Shown one piece after another: positions 16,482 to 24,941 of a DNA stretch of 64,000 nucleotides; the first letter of the stretch is position 1; each line of letters opens with the position of its first letter. The notes beneath the pieces are model-generated. The model made no database searches. It saw only the letters and a program-made list of their open reading frames with translations, and was not told where the DNA came from. The translations under genes were made by a program, and so were the position numbers. Source of the DNA: Candidatus Heimdallarchaeota archaeon (GTDB lineage: Archaea; Asgardarchaeota; Heimdallarchaeia; Heimdallarchaeales; Kariarchaeaceae); contig JASBSB010000001.1 of NCBI GenBank assembly GCA_030149205.1, positions 134,357 through 198,356 of the forward strand, given 5' to 3'.

Positions 16482-17332
16482 ATTATTTCAGATTTATTGG
16501 GGGGGACATACGGGGAATAGCCATTGGGATCAAAAGATACTTCTTTATACCCGAATTTCTTTAAAATTGATTTTATACGATCTATATTTGAGCTTAGTAT
16601 TCCAATTTCATCTCTGGACACTTGAATAAGTGCCTCATCATTCCCTAGATCACGAACACGGAGGATACGAAATTCAAAATTTTGCCTCAGGTACGATTCA
16701 GAGCTGTCTACTCTTTTTAATATATCCTGATCAATTTTGACGCCAGTATACACCCTACTTGCAAGACAAGGTAATGAAGGTTTATTCCAATTTGTCAATC
16801 CATTTTCATGAGCTATAGTTCGTATTTCTTCCTTTGTTAATTTGAAATCTGCAAGAGGTGTCGCTGCTCCTAATTCACTGATAGCTTTGTAACCTGGTCT
16901 ATGACCTGAAAGGTCAGAATAATTTGTTCCATTAACCACAACGTCATAAGAGAGTTCCACTCTTAACTGCTCTAGCTTTGAATGAAGAAGCTGTTTACAA
17001 TAATAACACCTGTTTGCAGGGTTTTGGGCATAATTAACACTTTCTTCAAATTCATTGTACTTGATCACATGTAACCCTAGATTCAATTGCTTTGCGACAT
17101 TTCGAGCATTTTCAATCTCACCTGATGCAAGACTGTCACCATCTTGAATAACTAGGAGAACAGAATTTGCTATTTTGGATAGTAGGAATGCAACTACCGT
17201 TGAGTCTACACCACCTGAAAAGGCTACAATTACCCTTTTGTTTTTGAACATATCCTGTAGTTTCTTTATTTTAACCTCTATAGCATCGCGATTCAGAATT
17301 TGTAACAACTTTACTTCTCCCAACCTGACCAA
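16478..17332 (-). CDS. larE: LarE-family PP-loop ATP pyrophosphatase (sacrificial sulfur transferase for the nickel-pincer cofactor)
   Basis: PP-loop AFSGGVDST. ENGLTNWNKPSLPCLASRVYTG closely parallels the LarE block ELGLTNWNK..SC..SRFPYG and includes the sulfur-donor Cys position. Confidence 0.85.
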   Translation of the reverse strand: MVRLGEVKLLQILNRDAIEVKIKKLQDMFKNKRVIVAFSGGVDSTVVAFLLSKIANSVLLVIQDGDSLASGEIENARNVAKQLNLGLHVIKYNEFEESVNYAQNPANRCYYCKQLLHSKLEQLRVELSYDVVVNGTNYSDLSGHRPGYKAISELGAATPLADFKLTKEEIRTIAHENGLTNWNKPSLPCLASRVYTGVKIDQDILKRVDSSESYLRQNFEFRILRVRDLGNDEALIQVSRDEIGILSSNIDRIKSILKKFGYKEVSFDPNGYSPYVPPNKSEII

Positions 17333-18375
17333 CCTAACTTTTTCTTTTTATCAGGTGGTACTGGAGCTCCTTCAGGTATGTCTTCTTTATCTATATGTTT
17401 TTCACTCTTCGATTTTTCAGGTTTAGGAATAGATGGAGCAGGGATGTTATACTTGTTAGTTTTTACCTTTCCAATATTTTGACCCTCAACATTTTTCTCT
17501 GGAAGTGAAGACAGAGGAATATTTGAATTTGGGGCAACTTTATCAGGTTTCATTTCCATCTGATCTGAACTGTTTGAAGATGTAGTATTCTTAGGCGATG
17601 GGATATCTGCGTTAATTAAGGGGTTAACTTTTGGATTTGGGGGACTCACAGCTTCGACTTTGTCCTCTCTTTGATGCTTTAAAATATCGGAGGGCTTTGC
17701 CCATTGATCATCAGTGTAATTATCCTCTGCTTTTGGTTCTTGCCATTCTATATTAGTTGAGCTTGCCTCTTCTGTAACGTACTTGTTATCGATCGGTTTT
17801 GGCTGTTGTTGGTTATTGGGCATATTTTTTTCTTTAAGCACATCTGAAAAAAGGTCTTCCTGTTCATCTACTGATGGTGTTGATGAGTCACCGTTCAATA
17901 AACTTGCCCAAATTCTCGGAGAAGGTTTTGAAAAAGCAGACACATATTTCCCTGATAAGACATGAGTATAGTTAACGTTAAGCGGCACCCTAGAGGGAAT
18001 TTGGCGTGATACTGTATTTATGGTTGTTGTTGCTTTAGGTTGTATGGGCTCAACATTGAGTATTTCTGAACTTTCCTCTGCAGTGACCAACTTTTCGTTG
18101 CTCATCGCAGCAGTTCTTAAATCAGAAGCATCTTCTGATTTTTTGGACAGCTCTTCCGGGATTTTCTCCCAATTAATTGTTAGACGAAGAAAATTGTTTT
18201 GTTCAGATTGATTTATTTCAAATTCCAGTTGAATATCCTTTGAAACGGATATAGATAATTTAGAGTCGCCAAGAGGTAGCTCAAGTGATTGATTTGTTCT
18301 GAGACTCTCAGAAAAGAGTGCAAACAACTCCGCAACTTCATTTGTGCTAAGATCAACATTCGTCTTTAAATCCAT
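17311..18375 (-). CDS. Amphi-Trp-like N-terminal domain protein with long Pro/Ser/Lys/Glu-rich disordered tail
   Basis: N-terminus LSTNEVAELFALFSESL...IQLEFEINQSEQNNFLRLTINWE. The remaining ~270 aa are low complexity and contain one KPSDIL motif. Confidence 0.45.
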   Translation of the reverse strand: MDLKTNVDLSTNEVAELFALFSESLRTNQSLELPLGDSKLSISVSKDIQLEFEINQSEQNNFLRLTINWEKIPEELSKKSEDASDLRTAAMSNEKLVTAEESSEILNVEPIQPKATTTINTVSRQIPSRVPLNVNYTHVLSGKYVSAFSKPSPRIWASLLNGDSSTPSVDEQEDLFSDVLKEKNMPNNQQQPKPIDNKYVTEEASSTNIEWQEPKAEDNYTDDQWAKPSDILKHQREDKVEAVSPPNPKVNPLINADIPSPKNTTSSNSSDQMEMKPDKVAPNSNIPLSSLPEKNVEGQNIGKVKTNKYNIPAPSIPKPEKSKSEKHIDKEDIPEGAPVPPDKKKKLGWSGWEK

Positions 18376-18554
18376 CTATAATTTTTAGTATCCTTGAGTG
18401 TTTAATATCTTTCCTTCAAAGTCTAAGTAAAGTAATAAGCTTCTAAAAATATTTGCACACTTCTATACGGGTTTACATTTCGTTATCCCAATGTAAATAT
18501 TGCAATCCTAAGAAATTGTTTTATCTTAGTAATCCTACAGCAAAACGATATCCA

Positions 18555-19319
18555 ATGAAGTTTGCCGATTCACATGCCCACTTACATCCTCCTGAGTTTA
18601 CAAACAACAATTTAAATCAAATTGTAGCTGAAGCTCTAGAGGCAAATGTGACTACAATTGTAAATTGTGCATCATTTCCAAAGGATTATTTCTTTGTTAG
18701 GTCTTCTAGTAGTTTTGATGAAGTTTACTTTACTCTTGGAATTCAACCAACAATTGCTCAATATCATAGGGGGACAGATTGGGAAATATTGTTTGCAGAT
18801 ATTTTAAACGAAGAAGTAAAATTTAAAGGAATTGGGGAGGTTGGTTTAGATTATTACTGGGTGAAAACAGAGAAGGAGAGAAAAATCCAACAGGAGGTAT
18901 TTAAAACACTTATTGAGACAGCAAATTCATTGAATTTAAACCTCATAATTCATTGTCGAAAAGCTGAAGAGAAAACTTTAGAATTGCTTGAGATGCTCGC
19001 AGAGGTTCCTGTGCTTCTGCATTCATTTGAAGGAAATTTAGAAGCGTGCAACAAAGCAAAAGACCTGGGGTACAAAGTAACAGTTCCTACAAATGTAACC
19101 ATTAGAAAAAATCGTAAAAAGGTAGTTCAACGTATGGGACTGGAGAACATTCTTCTTGAAACAGATTCTCCCTATTGCTCTCCCTCACCAGAAATAAAGA
19201 TAAACTCACCCAAAACCGTTCCAATTGCTGCTCAAACAGTAACCAAGGTCTTAGGGGCGACTTTAGAAGATGTAGCGAATGTTACCACTAATAATTTTAC
19301 AAAATTTTATAAAATTTGA
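18555..19319 (+). CDS. tatD: TatD-family metal-dependent hydrolase/DNase
   Basis: MKFADSHAHL, GEVGLDYYW, IIHCR, LHSF and ETDSPY motifs. The start is moved to the ATG at 18555, because the track ORF starts 34 codons earlier in non-conserved sequence. Confidence 0.85.
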   Translation: MKFADSHAHLHPPEFTNNNLNQIVAEALEANVTTIVNCASFPKDYFFVRSSSSFDEVYFTLGIQPTIAQYHRGTDWEILFADILNEEVKFKGIGEVGLDYYWVKTEKERKIQQEVFKTLIETANSLNLNLIIHCRKAEEKTLELLEMLAEVPVLLHSFEGNLEACNKAKDLGYKVTVPTNVTIRKNRKKVVQRMGLENILLETDSPYCSPSPEIKINSPKTVPIAAQTVTKVLGATLEDVANVTTNNFTKFYKI

Positions 19320-19502
19320 GAATCACAAATTTCTAAAATTCATCGAACTTATTGATAAATTCATAGGTCACTGTATTCTGATAATAATATTTTACATTTT
19401 AATATATTGATAAGTATTCTTAGGATGAGTACTTTAAGTCTATCATTTCGACTAATACAAATGTAAAATAAGTTATAATTAATTAGTAAGGCTTCTTTTA
19501 AC

Positions 19503-20054
19503 TTATCTTTTTCTTTTGACCACTACGACGGATGTAACTAGTAATGCAAATAAGGCACCTAAAATTTCATAACCTGGAAGAAAACTACCTGCTACACTTC
19601 CCACAACCAATGTTCCCTTCATACCAGCATCTTTATGACCTGAGACTGTGCACCAAAAATCAGTTTTTACATCTACATTTGGCATCTGAATGTTAAGTGA
19701 ATTAACTGCACCATCATATACCGTCTTACCATTAACTGTTGTTTCCCCTTCAATCATAAACGCTTTTACGTCTTTGTTTGTTGAGTTTTGTACGGCAAAA
19801 TCATGAAGTTGAGTATCTTTATTTACAAGGGTGAAGGTTACACAAGCACCTTTAGGTACCTTAATCTCGCTAACATTATATTTTAACCCTGGTCCTGCCT
19901 GAATGGTAACAGACTCAGTTGGAGTAGTACAATTACTTTTCATTATATATCCTAAGCCCATCTGTGGTGTTGCAGAAACATTATAGTTTGAGAAAACCAA
20001 CAGGAAAAGGATCATTGACATGAATAATGATGTCTTTATTACTTTGTTGTTCAA
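19503..20054 (-). CDS. Secreted type-1 (blue) copper protein, cupredoxin fold, with C-terminal membrane anchor
   Basis: Signal peptide present. Cu ligands are HDF ... CTVSGHKDAGM (C-x4-H-x4-M). The C-terminal LPGYEILGALFALLVTSVVVVKRKR resembles a PGF-CTERM-type sorting tail. Confidence 0.8.
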   Translation of the reverse strand: MNNKVIKTSLFMSMILFLLVFSNYNVSATPQMGLGYIMKSNCTTPTESVTIQAGPGLKYNVSEIKVPKGACVTFTLVNKDTQLHDFAVQNSTNKDVKAFMIEGETTVNGKTVYDGAVNSLNIQMPNVDVKTDFWCTVSGHKDAGMKGTLVVGSVAGSFLPGYEILGALFALLVTSVVVVKRKR

Positions 20055-20377
20055 TTTATCACCTGTTAAGATGAGCTAACTAAAAATTTGTTGTTTTTAA
20101 ATATATCGGGGATTGTCCTATTAATTTGTATTCAATCTATATTGATAGTAGAGACATAAGCATTAAATCTTTACTAAGTATAGTTGTTTTCAGGGGTAGG
20201 ATAAAAAAAATATCCACCCATTTGAAAAATTAAGACAATTTAATTTTTTTCTATTCATTAAGAGTTGAATAATATAGTGTGTAATATTTTCGATTTACCT
20301 AAATTTATAATATCTGAATTTCAATAAATTTCCCGTAACATTACTAAGATTTTAATCTTCAACTAATACCTAAGCTT

Positions 20378-22024
20378 ATGTCTGATCAAAAATCTTTACA
20401 GGAAGAGATTGTAGAGGTGTGCTTAAGAAGGGGGATAATATTCCCGACTGCAGAAATCTACGGAGGTGTGGCAGGTTTTTATGAGTTTGGCCCTGTTGGG
20501 CAGACACTTCGTCTACAGTTGATCAACCTCTGGAGACAACATTTCATTCAATCTGAAGAAAACATAGTTGAAATATTTGGTTCAACTATTTTGCCAGAGA
20601 AGGTTTTTGAAGCAAGTGGCCACATCGAAGGTTTTAGTGACCCATTAACTCAATGTGATAAGTGTAAATCAATGTATCGGGCAGATCATCTTCTTGAGAA
20701 TCATGATACTGAAACTATTAATTTTGATGTATTGACACTCCAAATGCTTGATACACGAATAAACGAATTAAAGATCAGGTGCCCAAGCTGTGGTGGTAAC
20801 CTTCTCCCAACTAAAAAGTTTAATTTGATGTTTGAAACCACAATTGGACCATCCTCAGATAAAAAGGGATATCTAAGACCTGAGACGGCACAAAATATTT
20901 TTATAAATTTCAAGAGAATTGCTAATTTTCTAAGAGATAAGTTACCTTTCGGAGTAGCTCAGATTGGAAAAGCTTACAGAAATGAAATTTCGCCAAGAAA
21001 TTTTTTGGTTAGGATGAGGGAATTTGAACAGATGGAGATTGAAATGTTTGTTAACCCAGATGAAATAAACGAACACCCAAGTTGGGATGAGATCTCTGAC
21101 CTTGAAATTAACATACTAACCAGAGAAAACCAACTGAAAAAACAAAAGTTCAAGAGAATGACAGTTCAAAAGGCATTAGACGATAATATCATTCCCAATC
21201 AATACTTTGGTTACTATCTTGCTCTTGAAAGTGAGTTTATAGAAATGTTAGGTGTAGAGACAAGCCAATTTTGGTTTAGACACCTACTCGAAGATGAGAC
21301 TGCACATTATAGCAAGGCAAACTTTGATTTAGAGGTTCAATTTCCTTTTGGCGTAGTTGAATGTGTGGGAAACGCTTACAGAACAGACTATGATTTAAAG
21401 AAGCACCAAGAGTATTCTAAGGCTAATCTCTTCGTGGTTACCCCAGAAGGAAAAAAGATAGTCCCTCATGTGATCGAACCATCTTTCGGTGTAACTAGGT
21501 TAATTTACATAATCTTGTTAAATGCATATCAAAATAAAAGCAGGGATTGGACCTGGTTCAAATTTCCCAATGTTCTTGCACCATATGAGGTACTGGTAGC
21601 GCCTCTGATGAAAAAAGATGGATTGAAAGAAGAGGCGTATAATTTCTTTTGGGAGTTAAAAGACGAAGGAATTGATGTGATTTATGATGAGTCCGGTAAA
21701 ATTGGAAAACGGTATGCTCGAGCAGACGAAGTTGGTGTCCTGTATTGTATTACTATAGATTACCAATCATTAGAGGACGAAACAGTTACCATTCGAGACC
21801 GTGATACTACTATCCAATATCGAATCCCAACGGATGCAACTGCTCAGGTGGTAAAAGAACTAGTTTTAGGATTGATCTCTTTTGAGGATCTACAGCAAGA
21901 ATTTGAAGAAATTAATGCTGGTGACACTAAAGGAGTAGAAAAGCGCAAAGTTGAAACGAACAAAACTCAACAGAATACAAAAAAAGGTAGAAGCAAGAAG
22001 AAACAAAACAAGAAAAGCTCGTAA
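20378..22024 (+). CDS. Glycine--tRNA ligase (archaeal/eukaryotic alpha2 type)
   Basis: Class II motifs are present (YLRPETAQ, FRNEISPR, REFEQMEIE, GVTRL). It has an anticodon-binding C-domain and a Lys-rich ~40 aa tail. Confidence 0.95.
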   Translation: MSDQKSLQEEIVEVCLRRGIIFPTAEIYGGVAGFYEFGPVGQTLRLQLINLWRQHFIQSEENIVEIFGSTILPEKVFEASGHIEGFSDPLTQCDKCKSMYRADHLLENHDTETINFDVLTLQMLDTRINELKIRCPSCGGNLLPTKKFNLMFETTIGPSSDKKGYLRPETAQNIFINFKRIANFLRDKLPFGVAQIGKAYRNEISPRNFLVRMREFEQMEIEMFVNPDEINEHPSWDEISDLEINILTRENQLKKQKFKRMTVQKALDDNIIPNQYFGYYLALESEFIEMLGVETSQFWFRHLLEDETAHYSKANFDLEVQFPFGVVECVGNAYRTDYDLKKHQEYSKANLFVVTPEGKKIVPHVIEPSFGVTRLIYIILLNAYQNKSRDWTWFKFPNVLAPYEVLVAPLMKKDGLKEEAYNFFWELKDEGIDVIYDESGKIGKRYARADEVGVLYCITIDYQSLEDETVTIRDRDTTIQYRIPTDATAQVVKELVLGLISFEDLQQEFEEINAGDTKGVEKRKVETNKTQQNTKKGRSKKKQNKKSS

Positions 22025-22121
22025 AACACCCAATTAATTTAAGGGTCTAAAGGTTTTATATTTGTTTAAGCCTAGGGTCTCTACTGAAAAGTACATATAC
22101 TAAATTTCGAATACTTTAATT

Positions 22122-22265
22122 ATGACAGAATATAGATGTTTACGCTGTAGAACAAGGATCAATCCCACAGAACTTGTTGATGAGAAAATTCAATGCACAT
22201 ACTGTGGGTACAGAATTCTTGAAAAAACCAGACCTGCAGTTATTCATCGAATTAGAACTGATTAA
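22122..22265 (+). CDS. rpoP: DNA-directed RNA polymerase subunit P (Rpo12 / RPABC4 homologue)
   Basis: 47-aa ORF absent from the supplied track (below its size cut-off): MTEYRCLRCRTRINPTELVDEKIQCTYCGYRILEKTRPAVIHRIRTD. CxxC-x15-CxxCG-x-RIL-x-K-x-R is the RpoP zinc-ribbon pattern. Confidence 0.75.
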   Translation: MTEYRCLRCRTRINPTELVDEKIQCTYCGYRILEKTRPAVIHRIRTD

Positions 22266-23017
22266 ACACCTTCTCTGAAATTAGATAAAATATCATTTAC
22301 AACTTTCCATTCATCTGAATCGAGCCAAGGTGCTGACAATATTATTCCATCAACATTTAACTGGTTTAGATCTAACAATCTGTTTTTAAGATTATTTGTT
22401 GTCAGTTCAATCTGAGTTCTATCTCTTTTACCTACCATTCTTTTAACCCACCCATTATACTTTTTAAAAGATCTAGGGGGAAGATCCTTAAGCAATAGGG
22501 GTGCATATACCATTATTTTATTGAAAGAGTACCCTTCAGTAATTTTTTTGACTTCAACTGGTGATGACGTATTCAATACTACACCAAACCCCTGATCAGA
22601 AGACCATTTTAATACCTTCGAAGACATAGAACCCACTAAGACTTTATCTTTTGGGAGGCTCTGAATAATTGAATCTAGGGAGTAAATAAGTTTTTGACTA
22701 GGCGAGGAAGGAAACATTTCCAGTTTCTTCAAACGTTCAAAATCTCCTAAGCCCAATCCTAAATACATGTCCAGTGAATTTACGGTGCTTGAATACTGTT
22801 TTAGCAGGTTGGTGTTGTTTGCAAGTATTATTGCTGATGCAATAGCTACTCCTACTGGCTGTAAAGTCTGGGATAACCTTTTTCTTTCGATAATCGCTTT
22901 GATGACCTCCTCCTCAGAAGAAGAGAGAGATGTCCCAAACCAAACCCTATCGTGCACCAAGTCCTTGGGTAGATTGGAGCCAATAGATTGGTTTATCCCA
23001 ATTTCTAACCGTGGCAT
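22262..23017 (-). CDS. Hypothetical protein (possibly a TIM-barrel/luciferase-like fold; not supported by clear motifs)
   Basis: 251-aa ORF whose stop overlaps the rpoP stop region by 4 nt (convergent). No diagnostic motif. Confidence 0.4.
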   Translation of the reverse strand: MPRLEIGINQSIGSNLPKDLVHDRVWFGTSLSSSEEEVIKAIIERKRLSQTLQPVGVAIASAIILANNTNLLKQYSSTVNSLDMYLGLGLGDFERLKKLEMFPSSPSQKLIYSLDSIIQSLPKDKVLVGSMSSKVLKWSSDQGFGVVLNTSSPVEVKKITEGYSFNKIMVYAPLLLKDLPPRSFKKYNGWVKRMVGKRDRTQIELTTNNLKNRLLDLNQLNVDGIILSAPWLDSDEWKVVNDILSNFREGV

Positions 23018-23023
23018 GAAGAT

Positions 23024-23350
23024 CTATTTTCGTATCAAATCAATACTTTCCCTTTCAAAACCAATTTCTTCCAATAAGTCGAGAATTCTAAACTCATGAT
23101 TTCCCTGAAGCTCTATTAAATCTCCTTTTACGGTTCCCCCACAAGCGAGCTTTGTTTTAAGGGTGTTGGCAATTTGTTTTAAATTGAATTCTTTGGGATC
23201 CAGACCTGAAATTACAGTATAGATCTTTCCCCATTTTCTTTTTTCTAGGACTACCTTTAACCTTGCTTCACCTTTTGCGACTTCATCACAAATGCACAAT
23301 TCTTCTGGTAATCCACATACTGAGCAAGTTTCTACTTCATCATCGAATAT
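23024..23350 (-). CDS. Translation initiation factor aIF1 (SUI1 family); start codon unresolved
   Basis: SUI1 core: KRKWGKIYTVISGL...LKTKLACGGTVKGDLIELQGNH. The Zn-knuckle ETCSVCGLPEELCICDE extends upstream of the TTG at 23299. The 5' limit is set at the in-frame ATA at 23350; the in-frame stop is at 23357-23359. Confidence 0.85.
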   Translation of the reverse strand: MFDDEVETCSVCGLPEELCICDEVAKGEARLKVVLEKRKWGKIYTVISGLDPKEFNLKQIANTLKTKLACGGTVKGDLIELQGNHEFRILDLLEEIGFERESIDLIRK

Positions 23351-23467
23351 TGTTGTTCAACCTCTTATAATTTGTTTCCATCTTTTGATGTTAAATCATA
23401 GTTACAGTAATCTATAATAAAGATTACCTCTATGCACTTTATATAAGCCAAAAAAGTGAATAATTTT

Positions 23468-24445
23468 TCAGATTGTGGTTACCTTCGCGCCTGACTCTTC
23501 GATGATCATTGTATGTTCAAATTGAGAAATAACAGCCTTTGAATCTGTTGCTCTAAGAACATGATATTCTTGTATCCCTGCAACTTTTCGAAGTTCCATC
23601 ATCCCCATCTTTAGTTCTGGTCTGGTGACACCCTTTTCAATAAGCCATCGTTCTGCAAAGGGAAGCCCTTGAAACTCATGAATAGCAAGCTTTTGAATTT
23701 TCTTAGCTGGTTTTGTTCTCAAAGGAACTTTGAATGGTGCAACTCTGAAAATGTTAACTTTGGAATAGTCCTGCCCAAGACCTCCTGGGTGAGTGCTAAC
23801 AAAAGGTTCAATTGCGAAGACCTCACCTAACTCAACTTTATCCCCTTTTTCTACCCTCACATTCGGAACAGTTTTCCCAGCATGAACTGCGAATCTTTCC
23901 ACTGAATGACCTCTTAATTCTCTAATTGGATAAAATCCTTCATCTGTTACAATTTTCTCAATAATACCACCGATTGACCCAGTGTCAGCCCCTGGTCTCA
24001 TAAACTGAATCGCTTCATCCAATGCCTTTTGATTTACTTCCAGAAGTTTGGAATAACTTCCATCCAGGTCCACTGAAGTTGCTGTATCGGAAATATACCC
24101 TTCAAGTGATACACCTACATCAATCTTTACCACTCCTTTCTTAGGTATCTTCAAATCATCTTCTGGAGTACCTGTGTAATGAGCAGCCACATCATTAATC
24201 CCAATATTAATGGGAAAAGCTGGCTTTGCCTCATTCTCTCTAATGAATGAATCTGCGATATTACAAAGATCGAGTACGGATGCATTAGGTTTTACCTCTA
24301 ATGCCATTTTATCCCGCAATTGTTTTCCAAGATCACCAGCTTTTAACCAAAGTTCATGTTCTTCCTCCTTAGAGTAGTCTTTTACCTTAAGGCTGGGATG
24401 TTGAACCTCATTTTGTAGGGCTAATGCTCTCTTGATGCTATACAT
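23468..24445 (-). CDS. map: Methionine aminopeptidase, type 2
   Basis: Pita-bread fold metal-ligand blocks are present: VKIDVGV, GYISDTA, LRGHSV, FAIEPF and QFEHT. Confidence 0.9.
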   Translation of the reverse strand: MYSIKRALALQNEVQHPSLKVKDYSKEEEHELWLKAGDLGKQLRDKMALEVKPNASVLDLCNIADSFIRENEAKPAFPINIGINDVAAHYTGTPEDDLKIPKKGVVKIDVGVSLEGYISDTATSVDLDGSYSKLLEVNQKALDEAIQFMRPGADTGSIGGIIEKIVTDEGFYPIRELRGHSVERFAVHAGKTVPNVRVEKGDKVELGEVFAIEPFVSTHPGGLGQDYSKVNIFRVAPFKVPLRTKPAKKIQKLAIHEFQGLPFAERWLIEKGVTRPELKMGMMELRKVAGIQEYHVLRATDSKAVISQFEHTMIIEESGAKVTTI

Positions 24446-24941
24446 AAATTATGTTATGAATATCAAAATTAAAAACCCTAGGTTAAATTCAAGGTGTTGA
24501 AAAGTAAAAGTAGTTGTTGTTTGATAGAAATTTTGGTGTATTTTTTATTTGGGGTCGTAAGATGAGCATTTCTTTACGTTTGGATAGTCTTTTTTGAGCA
24601 CCAAACATAGAAAGCTTTTCCCCTTAAAGGAACACGAAAGACACAATGAGTCTAATTCAACCAACTGCTCATGTACTCTGTCGATCATGTTTTGGTTTGT
24701 TATGATGTTTGTTACAGTCATTTTTGATTACCTTTGAATGTTTAATTCAACAGGTAGCCAACGAACCAAAGCTCGTCTATAGGTGTGATCAGAAAATCCC
24801 GTGGGATTTAATGTTAATCTTAGGTACGAATTAATCTTTATAAAGATTGTTTTTATGAAGAAATAACAGCATATTTTGTTATATAATAGCTAAATTTGTT
24901 GAACATTTTCCAGAAAATCTCGAAATTTATAAAAAATTTTA

